64,000 bases of DNA from Patescibacteria group bacterium (GTDB taxonomy: Bacteria; Patescibacteriota; Patescibacteriia; Patescibacteriales; UBA12465): the NCBI GenBank assembly GCA_041671365.1, contig JBAZBP010000002.1, positions 65,052 through 129,051 on the forward strand. Direction: 5' to 3'. A program made the translations under genes and the position numbers. How positions within the stretch are numbered: the stretch's first letter is position 1; each line of letters starts with the position of its first letter. Positions 54,653 to 64,000 of the stretch are shown piece by piece. The notes beneath the pieces are model-generated. The model saw nothing but the letters and a program-made list of their open reading frames with translations, did no database searches and was not told the origin of the DNA.

Positions 54653-55628
54653 CTAGATGGCCGGCCAAAGAAAATCCGGCCGCTTTTTTATGTCCGCCGC
54701 CGCCCCAATTTTGAGCGATTCGAGCCACATTAATTTCTTCACTATTAGTCCGTAAACTGCCTTTGACGCGACCCTCTTCTTCGCGTAAAAATAAAGCGAC
54801 GCGAACACCGCTTAAGGCACTCAAAAAAGAAACAATGTCACCAAACAAATCAACGCTCGGCGTATTTTCTTCCGGCGGCAATAACTCGGCTAATTCGACG
54901 GCCGTCAGAGCCGAAGAAACGAGTCCGGTTTCCTGATTAAATTGCATATTTTCTAAAGCCCGCCCCCAAACTTTAAGAGCCGAAAAACTTTTATTGTTAA
55001 CTGTATAATTTATAATTTTTGGCAGTGAGGCGCCGCGCAATAACATTTCAGAAGAAACAGAAATAGCTTCTCGTGAAGAATTAGCATGAAGAAAATGCCC
55101 GGTATCGGTCATTAATCCGATTAAAATACAATTAGCCAGCGACTTACTGACAGTTAGATTATTAGCTTGCAAAAAATGATAAATAATTTCCGTAGTTGAA
55201 GCCTTATCTGGTAAACGAACCTCTAAATCAGCATAAGTTTCCTGTGGCTGATGATGATCAAATTCGATTAAATATGGCCGCTTTAACACTCGCCCTTCTT
55301 GAGCAGCTTTAATTAAGGTTCTAATTCTAGCTTCCAGGCCGGTACGCGAAATAGAACCGCAATCAAGAATAAAAATCAGATCAAAAGCCAACAGGTCGGC
55401 CGGCTCTTCATCGACAATCAGGCCTTCATTAGGAATAAAATGATACGCCCCGGCCGGTTTCTTGTCGGCGTAAGCATAAGACTCCAAACCTAAGTTAGCG
55501 GCAATCTCTAAAATCGCGCCAATCGAAGCAATGGCATCAGCATCCGGGGAAGTATGACCAATCACCAAAATCCGTTTTGCTCCCTGCATTTTGGCATAAG
55601 CCAGTTGTAATTTTTCCTGTAAATTCAT
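54606..55628 (-). CDS. DHH/DHHA1 phosphoesterase (NrnA-like)
   Basis: GHTSPDADAIAS, FDHH and GGGHKKAAG. Confidence 0.8.
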   Translation of the reverse strand: MNLQEKLQLAYAKMQGAKRILVIGHTSPDADAIASIGAILEIAANLGLESYAYADKKPAGAYHFIPNEGLIVDEEPADLLAFDLIFILDCGSISRTGLEARIRTLIKAAQEGRVLKRPYLIEFDHHQPQETYADLEVRLPDKASTTEIIYHFLQANNLTVSKSLANCILIGLMTDTGHFLHANSSREAISVSSEMLLRGASLPKIINYTVNNKSFSALKVWGRALENMQFNQETGLVSSALTAVELAELLPPEENTPSVDLFGDIVSFLSALSGVRVALFLREEEGRVKGSLRTNSEEINVARIAQNWGGGGHKKAAGFSLAGHLVKTEGGWKVARLSTL

Positions 55629-55664
55629 AACCGCTTATTCTAGAATAAACTTTAAAAAAAGTCC

Positions 55665-55690
55665 AGACTAGCTGGACTCTTTTTCTATTC
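55665..55690 (-). terminator. Terminator after rbfA
   Basis: agtccag-actagc-tggact with a U-run in the minus sense. Confidence 0.65.
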
Positions 55691-55706
55691 ATCTATAAAT
55701 ATAGCC

Positions 55707-56048
55707 TTATTCTTCGTCTTGGCCGTTTATTCCTTGAATTAGTCGTTCAATCTTGCTGGCTTCCTTTTCGGTCGCATCAAACTCCCAAACTAGATGGGGC
55801 AGTTTACGTAATTTTAACCGTGTTCTTAAAACTGGTACCAATAGTCGTGTCGCCGACTTTAATTTTCTTAAAGCTGTTCCCGCCAAATTATCCGGCAAGA
55901 CCGAAATGCCTACCTTGGCTTGTTTTAAATCAGGACTGCACTCCACGTAAGTAACAGTAATCAAAGCATTTTCTAGCGCCACTTCCTGGTTGACGGCTCG
56001 AGCCAGTTCTTCCAGAATTAATTCATTATAACGAGGAATTTTGGACAT
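55707..56048 (-). CDS. rbfA: Ribosome-binding factor A
   Basis: Length, position after infB, and the pattern VTYVECSPDLKQAKV. Confidence 0.85.
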   Translation of the reverse strand: MSKIPRYNELILEELARAVNQEVALENALITVTYVECSPDLKQAKVGISVLPDNLAGTALRKLKSATRLLVPVLRTRLKLRKLPHLVWEFDATEKEASKIERLIQGINGQDEE

Positions 56049-56051
56049 AAA

Positions 56052-58025
56052 CTAAATCTTATCAACTATTCTTTCTTCTTGATAAACTACCAGAATATCA
56101 CCGACTTCAATAATCGGTTTGCCTTCATATTTTAAACCGGCTTCAATATCTTTATCAACCGATTCAACGTCTTGCTTCCCGGCCTGAAGCCGGGTTAATT
56201 TTCCGGAGACGATAAAATCATCACTGCGCTTAACGTCAATTAAACTATTATTCTTAATAACGCCGTCCAGAACTTTACCGCCAACAATCTGGCTGCTGTT
56301 TTCCGTCCGAAAAACCGCTAAAACTTTTAAACGACCGAGCTCGACTCGATTAATTTCCGGTTTAACCAATAATTGCATCTCGTCTTTAACAAATTTTATC
56401 AAATCATAAATAATCGAATAAGTCTTAACGGCCACCTGTCTTTCGCGAACCAAAGTTTCAATCGCCGGAGAAACCCGAACGTTAAATCCGAGAATTTTAG
56501 CACCGGCATCTTCCGCGCGCTTAACATCGCCTTCGGTAATATAACCCAAGCCTTTGCTGATAATTACCACTTTGACTTTTTCATTATTCAATTTTAACAA
56601 GGACTCTTCAATCGCTTCGGCCGAACCTAAAAAATCAGTTTTAATCACTACTTTAACTTGAGGAATTTTATCTTCTTTACTGTCATCTCCCAGTTGCGGA
56701 ATAATATCACCGGCGCTGGAACTGCTTTTAATTTTCTTAGTCTTAACTTTTTCACCTTCACCAACATTTAAAATATCGCCGACCGCCGGAGAAATTTTTA
56801 AACCTAAAATTTTGACCGGCGCCGACGGTCCGGCCTCACTTATTTCTTCACCTTTATAATTTTTTAAAGCTTTAACCTTGCCATAAACTATCTGATTAAA
56901 ACATAGTTGATCGCCGACGCGCAAAGTTCCGTTTTGAACCAAGAGCGTAGCTAAGGGGCCGGCAGTTTTATCAACATTAGATTCAATAACCGTACCGGCG
57001 GCCGTGGCCTGAGGATTAGCCTTCAAGCTCGCTCCCTCGGTTTCGGCCACTAACAATACCATATCCAACAATTCTTCTATCCCCGTTCCCTCTTTCGCGG
57101 AAATCGGCGCACAAATAATTTTTCCGCCCCAATCTTCCGGAGTAATATTTAGTTGCGTCGACAATTCCTGTTTAGTCCGATTAATATCGGCCGTCGGTTT
57201 ATCGATTTTATTCATCGCTACCAAATAAGGGATTTTAGCGGCTTCAATAATTCGATAAGCTTCTACGGTTTGGGGTTTGACGCCATCATCGGCCGCTACA
57301 ACTAGAATAGCAATATCCGCTACCTTCGCACCGCGGCTGCGCATCGCTGTAAAAGCTTCATGCCCGGGAGTATCAATAAAAGTTAAAACCCGACCATGAC
57401 GAATAATTTGATAGGCGCCGATATGTTGAGTAATGCCTCCGGCCTCACCGGCGATAACATTAGTTTTACGAATAGAATCTAATAACCTGGTCTTACCATG
57501 ATCAACATGGCCCATAATTACAATAACCGGCGGACGATCTTGCAAGTCCTCTTGGTTTTCGGAAGCTAAAATTTTCGCCAACTTATCATCTTCACGATTT
57601 TCGTCCACCTGTTCAGTTTCTGCTAATTGAACATCCAAATTAAGATTTTCGCCGACAATCATGGCCGTATCAAAATCAATTTTTTCATTAATAGAAGTAA
57701 AAACCCCATTTTTCATAAGTTCGGCCAGAACCCGATTAATCGGAATACCGGCTAATTCCGCGTAAGCGCGAACCGTAATTACGGCCGGCACGGCGATAGT
57801 TTTTTTCTCTTTCGGTAAAAATTCATCCTGTTTCTTGAGTTCGGTCGCCATTTTTTTCTGTTCCCATTCTCGTCGTAAATACGGCCAATCTTTAATAATC
57901 TTTTTAGCTGTATTATTATCTACTTTTATAGCTTTTTGACCGATCGAAAAACCGAGTTGCGGCAATAAATCGCGTAACTCTTGCGGGGGGATCCTCAGAA
58001 TGCGGGCCAGTTCGGTTAAATTCAT
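56052..58025 (-). CDS. infB: Translation initiation factor IF-2
   Basis: [13 protein letters not shown] and NKID GTPase motifs, plus the C-terminal domains. Confidence 0.95.
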   Translation of the reverse strand: MNLTELARILRIPPQELRDLLPQLGFSIGQKAIKVDNNTAKKIIKDWPYLRREWEQKKMATELKKQDEFLPKEKKTIAVPAVITVRAYAELAGIPINRVLAELMKNGVFTSINEKIDFDTAMIVGENLNLDVQLAETEQVDENREDDKLAKILASENQEDLQDRPPVIVIMGHVDHGKTRLLDSIRKTNVIAGEAGGITQHIGAYQIIRHGRVLTFIDTPGHEAFTAMRSRGAKVADIAILVVAADDGVKPQTVEAYRIIEAAKIPYLVAMNKIDKPTADINRTKQELSTQLNITPEDWGGKIICAPISAKEGTGIEELLDMVLLVAETEGASLKANPQATAAGTVIESNVDKTAGPLATLLVQNGTLRVGDQLCFNQIVYGKVKALKNYKGEEISEAGPSAPVKILGLKISPAVGDILNVGEGEKVKTKKIKSSSSAGDIIPQLGDDSKEDKIPQVKVVIKTDFLGSAEAIEESLLKLNNEKVKVVIISKGLGYITEGDVKRAEDAGAKILGFNVRVSPAIETLVRERQVAVKTYSIIYDLIKFVKDEMQLLVKPEINRVELGRLKVLAVFRTENSSQIVGGKVLDGVIKNNSLIDVKRSDDFIVSGKLTRLQAGKQDVESVDKDIEAGLKYEGKPIIEVGDILVVYQEERIVDKI

Positions 58026-58470
58026 AAAAAATTAAATAGATTAATAAAATAAAAAGGCTAAAATAACTTAAAAATTCTTCAGCTATTTTTTAATATTACG
58101 TTATTTTTGGCGTTTAGTCAATCAACAAAATACTAAAAGGTGTCTTTACAAACTCAAACTTAAATGCTAAAGTGTAGAAGTAAATTTATTCATTAATTAA
58201 AATCTGTTTTTAGAAATTATTTAGAAGAGCCAACCACTACTTAGGCTAGTATCAAACAAATTTATTTTATTCCGATTAATTACTTATGTTTTTTCCGATT
58301 TTTAATTTAAAATTAGCTAAAAAAATTAAAATAGCGCCTTTCTGTTTCTAAAATAAATATTATCATTCGCCATCCGCCAACTGGCGGAGGCGGAGACGAG
58401 TGGTTCTGGTTTTTCAAAACTTAATAATCTCTTACACCATCTTTAATCTCTGAAAACAGCCTCCTTTTAT

Positions 58471-59994
58471 ATGGAATACTTAAGTTATGTTCTGTATGTT
58501 GTTTTAGCGGTAGGTGGTTTTTTTATAGGCTATTTTTTCTACAAAAAATCAGCCGGTTCTAAAATTAACAATGCTACCGAAAAAGCCGATAAGCTCCTAA
58601 GCGATGCGCGGATTAAAGAAAAAGATCTAATCCTCAAGGCTCAAGATAAAGCTCTGAAAATTATTGAAGAGTCTAAAAAAGAAGAAACCAGCCGTCGAAC
58701 AGAAATTAACAATTTTCAAAAAAGATTAGAACAACGAGAAACATCTTTTTCCCAAAAACTGTTAGAGCTCCAAGAAAAACAACAAAAACTATACGACAAG
58801 GTTACGGAAGTTCAAGAAATAAAAGAAAAAATAAAAACTATCAAGGAAGAGCAGGAAATAAAACTGGAAAAATTATCTAACCTGACCAAAGAGGAGGCTA
58901 AGGAGATAATTTTAAAAACTATCGAAGAAAAAAATTCCGAAGATTTAATGGTCCGAGTCAATAAATTAGAAAATAATTCTGAGGATACTATTAACGAAAA
59001 GGCTCGAGATCTTTTAGCTCTCGCCATGCAAAGAATGGTTTCCTCTTATACCGTGGAATTGACCACCACGACGGTAGATTTGCCTAACGATGAAATGAAA
59101 GGTAGAATTATCGGCCGGGAGGGGCGAAATATTAAAGCCATCGAACAAATGACCGGCGTCGAAATTATTGTTGATGATACTCCCAGCGCTATTACTGTTT
59201 CCGGTTTCTCTTTAATTCGTCGCCATATCGCCAAGAAAGTTTTAGATTACTTAATAAAAGACGGACGCATTCATCCGACTAAAATCGAAGAGGCGGTCGA
59301 AAATGCCAAAAAAGATATTTCATTGGATATTAAAAAAGCCGGCGAAGAAGCGATGTATGAAGTCGGCGTAACCGGCTTTGATCCTAAATTAGTACAAATT
59401 TTAGGTCGTTTAAAATATCGAACTAGTTACGGCCAGAATGCTTTACGGCACTCTGTTGAAGTTGCTCATTTAGCTGGTATGCTCGCCGAAGAACTAGGAG
59501 CGGATGTGACTCTCGCCAAAAAAGGCGGCTTGCTGCACGACATCGGAAAAGCCGTTGATCATGAAGTTCAAGGTAATCATACGGAAATAGGTCGGGATAT
59601 TGCCAAAAAATTTGGTTTACCGCCGGAGCTTATCGCTCCGATTGAAACTCACCACGAAGATAAACCAGCCACACTCATTTCGGTTATTGTAAAAGTAGCC
59701 GATGCTATCTCTTCTGCTCGTCCGGGCGCTCGCAGCGACAACTACGAGAACTATGTCCATCGCTTAGAAGAACTAGAAAAAATCGCTTTAACTTTCGAAG
59801 GGATTGAAAAAGTTTACGCGATTCAGGCCGGCCGTGAAATACGGGTCTTTGTTCAACCGGAAAAAGTAAATGATTTCCAGGCTTATAATTTGGCTAGGGA
59901 TATTGCAAAAAAGATAGAAAATGAGTTAAAATACCCAGGAGAGATTAAAGTTAATATTATTCGAGAAATGCGGGCCACTGAGTATGCTCGTTAA
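58471..59994 (+). CDS. rny: Ribonuclease Y
   Basis: N-terminal TM helix, coiled coil, KH domain (IGREGRNI) and HD domain (LLHDIGKA). Confidence 0.95.
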   Translation: MEYLSYVLYVVLAVGGFFIGYFFYKKSAGSKINNATEKADKLLSDARIKEKDLILKAQDKALKIIEESKKEETSRRTEINNFQKRLEQRETSFSQKLLELQEKQQKLYDKVTEVQEIKEKIKTIKEEQEIKLEKLSNLTKEEAKEIILKTIEEKNSEDLMVRVNKLENNSEDTINEKARDLLALAMQRMVSSYTVELTTTTVDLPNDEMKGRIIGREGRNIKAIEQMTGVEIIVDDTPSAITVSGFSLIRRHIAKKVLDYLIKDGRIHPTKIEEAVENAKKDISLDIKKAGEEAMYEVGVTGFDPKLVQILGRLKYRTSYGQNALRHSVEVAHLAGMLAEELGADVTLAKKGGLLHDIGKAVDHEVQGNHTEIGRDIAKKFGLPPELIAPIETHHEDKPATLISVIVKVADAISSARPGARSDNYENYVHRLEELEKIALTFEGIEKVYAIQAGREIRVFVQPEKVNDFQAYNLARDIAKKIENELKYPGEIKVNIIREMRATEYAR

Positions 59995-60051
59995 TTAGCA
60001 AAATCAATTATTTAAATAGGCTTGATTAACACAAGCTTAATATATAAATAT

Positions 60052-60339
60052 ATGAACAAAGCGCAACTCATCGACAAGATTCATCACTCTGTCGAAGGTC
60101 TGAACAAAAAGCAGGCCGAAAAAATGTTGGAGGTTTTAACCACCACCATTGTTGAGGAATTAAAAAACGATCGCGAGGTGACGATTGCCGGGTTTGGGAC
60201 ATTTCTTTCCCGCGTCCGTTATTCTCGAGGCGGAGTTAACCCCCAAAAACCAAGCGAAAGAATTACTATCCCGGCTGTCAAAGTCGCCAAATTTAAAACC
60301 GGCTACCACCTTAAACAAGCCCTAAAAGGCAAAAGATAA
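60052..60339 (+). CDS. hup: HU/IHF-family DNA-binding protein
   Basis: MNKAQLIDKI and GFGTF...R.GRNP-like arm. Confidence 0.9.
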   Translation: MNKAQLIDKIHHSVEGLNKKQAEKMLEVLTTTIVEELKNDREVTIAGFGTFLSRVRYSRGGVNPQKPSERITIPAVKVAKFKTGYHLKQALKGKR

Positions 60340-60391
60340 AAGAATAAGCCTCAACAGAAAAACATAATCCCTAACATGGGGCTTATTATTA

Positions 60392-60465
60392 GCGCTCGTA
60401 GCTCAACTGGATAGAGTACTTGGCTTCGGACCAAGGGGTTGCAGGTTCAAATCCTGCCGGGCGCA
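60392..60465 (+). tRNA. tRNA-Arg(UCG)
   Basis: Cloverleaf with anticodon loop cuUCGga. Confidence 0.85.
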
Positions 60466-60470
60466 CGAAA

Positions 60471-60544
60471 GGCTGGGTAGCTCAGCTGGTTAGAGCGTAG
60501 CACTCATAACGCTAAGGTCGCGGGTTCGAGCCCCGCCCCCGCCA
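60471..60544 (+). tRNA. tRNA-Met or Ile2 (CAU)
   Basis: Cloverleaf with anticodon loop cuCAUaa. It has one acceptor mismatch (U4:C69) and an A31:C39 mismatch. Confidence 0.75.
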
Positions 60545-60595
60545 CAATTTACAGTCCTTTAACTATTTGGTACAATTGTTATATAACATAAACAT

Positions 60596-61279
60596 GTGGT
60601 TCGGAAACCAAAAAATCAAATTTTATACGCAAAAGTCAGAATTCTCAGACAGAAGGGTCTTAGTTATGGAAATATTGCTAAACAATGTAACACATCAAAA
60701 AGCAATATCTGCTTATGGTGTAATGATATAAAATTATCTCCATCACAGTATAATAAATTGTTCACTAATAAAATAGAAATTTTAAAATTAGGTTCAAAAC
60801 GATTACATGAAATACGGAAAGCGGAGATCGCTGAAATAAAAGAATCGGCTAAAAAAGAAATAAACAATAAAAAAATCGATGACTTTACTTTTTTTGTAGC
60901 CGGCTCCATGTTATACTGGGCGGAGGGTTGTAAGACTAATGGACTATATCTTGCAAATTCAGATGAACGGATAATATTATTTATGATAAAATGGTTTAAA
61001 AAATTTCTACATATTAATGTTGATAGAATAAAAGCGTATCTGCATATACACGCTCAGGACAATGATTTAATGATAAAAAAATATTGGTCAAAACTAACCG
61101 GCATTCCTTTACAAAATTTCGGCAAAAGTTTCACTAAAGCTCCAGGAACAGGACACCGCAAAAACATTCTCTCGCATGGCATTATTAGAATTCAAATATG
61201 TGGCAAAGGAACAGAAAATCTCAGACATCGTATAATGGCCTGGATAGAACAAATCTACAATATTAATGAAAAACAATAA
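60596..61279 (+). CDS. HTH plus single LAGLIDADG-like domain protein (homing-endonuclease-like)
   Basis: GTG start. SMLYWAEGCKTNG followed by ILFMIKWFKKFLHIN resembles the second LAGLIDADG module of I-DmoI-type enzymes (GLYVAEGDK), as I remember it. Confidence 0.45.
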   Translation: MVRKPKNQILYAKVRILRQKGLSYGNIAKQCNTSKSNICLWCNDIKLSPSQYNKLFTNKIEILKLGSKRLHEIRKAEIAEIKESAKKEINNKKIDDFTFFVAGSMLYWAEGCKTNGLYLANSDERIILFMIKWFKKFLHINVDRIKAYLHIHAQDNDLMIKKYWSKLTGIPLQNFGKSFTKAPGTGHRKNILSHGIIRIQICGKGTENLRHRIMAWIEQIYNINEKQ

Positions 61280-61284
61280 TAAAT

Positions 61285-61357
61285 GCCTCGTTAGCTCAGT
61301 TGGTAGAGCGGCTCGCTCTTAACGAGACGGTCGCAGGTTCGAATCCTGCACGGGGCA
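61285..61357 (+). tRNA. tRNA-Lys(CUU)
   Basis: Cloverleaf with anticodon loop cuCUUaa. Confidence 0.85.
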
Positions 61358-61574
61358 CCTGAAAAGTAAGATTTATCTTTTTAATTAGTCATATATAATG
61401 CCTATACTTCCTGGGCATTTTTCAATACTCGCCGCTTGACAGTATACAGAATATACTGTATAGTTTATTGTTCGTAGTCATTTAAGAAATATATCAGCTT
61501 AAAATAATATATTTGGCTAATATTATATAAAAATGTAAACTAATTATCTAATAATCATAAACCAGAGGTCTAAA

Positions 61575-63353
61575 GTGAAAAAGTTATCCATTGTTATTTT
61601 GTTTTTGTTTTTGGTTTCTTATTCCGCGCTTGAAGCGCAGACAATTTTTGACTCTGTTACGGTCGTGACCGACGAATCAGCTCCCAGTGTCAATCTTATT
61701 AGTAATGATAGCCAGTCGTTAGACGATGTCCATTGCCACGCTATAAAAATAAGCAATGAATCTAGCCACGACGTGATCATTAATGGGGCCACCTTTTCTT
61801 GCAGCAGCCAATATGCGGAAAGTAGATTAGACATGTATGGTGTCTATGTGACCATAGGAACAATACCTATCGGAGAGATCTATTCTTGGTCAATTAATAA
61901 TATTGATGGATATCGCGACTTGGATTTCAGTTTTTATAATCCGACCACTATCCCTCGTCACTCATCAATTATTATTGATCTACGTTCAAATTTATATGGC
62001 TGGGGTCAATTTGTTTTTTCATTACGTGAAGTCATATTTACGGATGCGGAAACCTTCGAAACCGAAGCGGTTAAATATTGGGGGAATAGTGTGATCGGTA
62101 AGGACATTACACTGGCTAACACCGATCATCTAACTCTAAAATCTTGGATCTATCCGAGAAGCTGGAACCAAGAGTATGCCGACACTCTCTATGTTTTACC
62201 GGGTGAATATTTTTATTCCTCCGGATCTTGTGAGACCAATCGCAGTAATTACGTACCGAAAGCTATCACAGCTTTTAAGAGCAACGCGAACATAAGCATT
62301 GGCAGCCAGACCGATCTCCATTTTGGCCAGATTTGGATCGACAATTTACAACAAATTGGACATGTCGATACAGTAACTACTAATTTTGATCAGTCAGTTG
62401 TTTGGACGGCAAACTCCCTCGATAATGGTATTGATATATTTAACCTTAGCTGGGTGTTCGGTTATAATACAATGCCAATAGGAGGAATATCCTATATCAA
62501 CTTTTATACCGAAGCCGTATTTTTAAGTAGCAATCATCCAGTTCCGACTTCCGATTATATCGGTCATAACCGAGTAATAAAATCTATTGATGGAATATTG
62601 GGGGATTTTACTGGAGATGGCGAAGTCCTCGCTAACGACGTTGATGAAATGCAAAGCCTTTATGCTACTTATGGTGGATTTATGGATTTTTATACATACA
62701 CGAACGAAGGTTATAATATAGGGCGCACCTCGATTCTTTTCGACAGTGCGACTCTGTTGGACATCTTGTTGTTGCGTATCTGGATTAACAATCCCATGGA
62801 TCCTTCAGTTAAAGATCTGGGCATTGGCCAGTTAATGTCAACTCGGAGTAAACCAGCGCCAGCAACTTACTCTAAAGTCATGTCTGGTAATACCATTACG
62901 ATAAATACCAGGGCTTTCGCAGTCAGGATATCTGCAATGTTACCATCCGGTAAACTGTGGAGCAATTCCACTCAGGTTAGTGGCAATCAAGCTGTGTTCA
63001 CGGTTCCAGATCAGAGCCTCAAATATAAAATAGAGGCCGTTTCTCTGCCCAATTCTACAACCGGCGTTGAAAATAATTTAAGCACGCCGATTGAATTCAA
63101 TCTATCTCAAAACTATCCTAACCCCTTCAACCCTTCAACAACTATCAGCTATTCTCTACCGACCAGCTCTTTCGTGAATTTAAAAATTTACGATATTCTC
63201 GGTAAGGAAGTGGCTACTCTAGTAAACGAGGAAAAAATAGAAGGAAATTATTCCATCAATTTCGATGGAAGTAAATTGGCTAGCGGCACTTATCTTTGCC
63301 GTCTAGTATCGGGCGCATTTAGTCAGACCCAGAAAATGATTCTGATGAAATAA
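61575..63353 (+). CDS. Secreted protein with a dockerin-like segment and a T9SS (Por) C-terminal sorting domain
   Basis: Signal peptide, DFTGDGEVLANDVDEM, and the C-terminus NYPNPFNPSTTISYSLP...GTYLCRL. Confidence 0.75.
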   Translation: MKKLSIVILFLFLVSYSALEAQTIFDSVTVVTDESAPSVNLISNDSQSLDDVHCHAIKISNESSHDVIINGATFSCSSQYAESRLDMYGVYVTIGTIPIGEIYSWSINNIDGYRDLDFSFYNPTTIPRHSSIIIDLRSNLYGWGQFVFSLREVIFTDAETFETEAVKYWGNSVIGKDITLANTDHLTLKSWIYPRSWNQEYADTLYVLPGEYFYSSGSCETNRSNYVPKAITAFKSNANISIGSQTDLHFGQIWIDNLQQIGHVDTVTTNFDQSVVWTANSLDNGIDIFNLSWVFGYNTMPIGGISYINFYTEAVFLSSNHPVPTSDYIGHNRVIKSIDGILGDFTGDGEVLANDVDEMQSLYATYGGFMDFYTYTNEGYNIGRTSILFDSATLLDILLLRIWINNPMDPSVKDLGIGQLMSTRSKPAPATYSKVMSGNTITINTRAFAVRISAMLPSGKLWSNSTQVSGNQAVFTVPDQSLKYKIEAVSLPNSTTGVENNLSTPIEFNLSQNYPNPFNPSTTISYSLPTSSFVNLKIYDILGKEVATLVNEEKIEGNYSINFDGSKLASGTYLCRLVSGAFSQTQKMILMK

Positions 63354-63395
63354 GCGCTCTTCATTCTTTGTAAAGAGAAATATTCTGCAAAGAAA

Positions 63396-63425
63396 ACCCA
63401 TTACTGCGTAGTAATGGGTTTTTTA
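63396..63425 (+). terminator. Rho-independent terminator
   Basis: acccattac-tgcg-tagtaatgggt followed by tttttt. Confidence 0.8.
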
Positions 63426-63521
63426 TTGCTTTAATGGTTTTACCTTTCTTACTATTTGGCCAAATCAATAATTTCCGCTATAATAATGAAGTAAAAAAAT
63501 ATTAAATATTAAAAATAAATA

Positions 63522-64000
63522 TGCTTAACCTAATAATTTTCGGCTCACCCGGAGCCGGCAAAGGAACTCAAGCCGTCTTAATCGCCAAAAAATATAATCT
63601 TAATCATTTATCCAGCGGGGAGATATTACGCCGAGAATTAAATAATATTGAATTCGGAAAAAAGATTAAAAGATATCAAAATGCCGGAAAATTAGTACCT
63701 AATAATTTGGTTATCAAAATGGTAGAGGAAGAAGTAACAAAAAAAATATCGGGTGGCGGTTTTGTTTTTGATGGTTACCCTCGAAACCTAAAGCAAGCCA
63801 AAGCCTTGGATAAACTATTTCAAGATAAAAATTTATCAATCAACTTAGTAATAAATCTTAAACTGAGCGAGCGCGAAGCGGTTCAACGAATTATGCTTAG
63901 ATCTAAAACTTCGGGAAGATCCGATGATAATTTAAAAACGATTGAAAATCGTTTTACCGTTTATCATGCCCAAACCACTCCTCTTCTAAAATATTATCAC
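63522..64000 (+). CDS. adk: Adenylate kinase (3' end off the window)
   Basis: MLNLIIFGSPGAGKGTQA and VFDGYPR. Confidence 0.9.

Noticed and set aside
58026-58470. The 445-nt divergent infB/rny intergenic region with one GC-rich hairpin (cgccatccgcc-aact-ggcggaggcg, about 58369-58395).
   Set aside because: It is mostly AT-rich promoter-like DNA for two divergent essential genes. A single hairpin without further structure is not enough to call an RNA element.
1-64000. Alternative genetic code (UGA recoding as in Gracilibacteria/Absconditabacteria).
   Set aside because: Long housekeeping genes (polA, pnp, infB, ftsK, rny) are intact and full-length under the standard code, so no recoding is needed.

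Overview
AT-rich, gene-dense bacterial window. The housekeeping genes are rpoB 5' end, murE, murD, ddl, ftsK, polA, holA, pnp, infB-rbfA, rny, trmD, rpsT/rpsO/rpsP, HU, adk 5' end, glgA plus a GH57 enzyme, ruvC, yebC and gpmA. This content, the charged tails on small proteins, the absence of rimM and an intron-containing tRNA suggest a Patescibacteria/CPR-type genome (inference). I found eight tRNAs, no rRNA and no CRISPR array. Two accessory regions stand out. (1) 6.9-13.2 kb holds a minus-strand operon of unknown function. It opens with a near-consensus promoter and about 1 kb of ORF-free, GC-richer, hairpin-dense RNA. Two covarying type III hammerhead ribozymes punctuate it and bracket a four-gene cassette: a radical SAM enzyme, an unknown protein, a membrane protein and a DUF1874-like protein. 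A sigma/HTH-like gene and another unknown gene follow. This is my best candidate for an undescribed system. (2) 26.5-35.3 kb is an integrative island next to tRNA-Ala. It carries a large serine recombinase, two tiny paralogous ORFs, a rolling-circle Rep with a hairpin-rich putative origin, an AbiL-like AAA/RloB pair coupled to a third gene, an orphan 329-aa protein, and a MazF / XRE-DUF4065 toxin-antitoxin pair flanked by direct repeats. Other notable items are an IC3-type group I intron in tRNA-Phe(GAA), a terminator-containing three-way-junction leader upstream of a CDF metal exporter, a structured 780-nt ddl-polA intergenic region, and two foreign-looking genes (a T9SS-tail protein and a porin-like protein). 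All calls rest on reading the sequence and on remembered family motifs. No searches were run.
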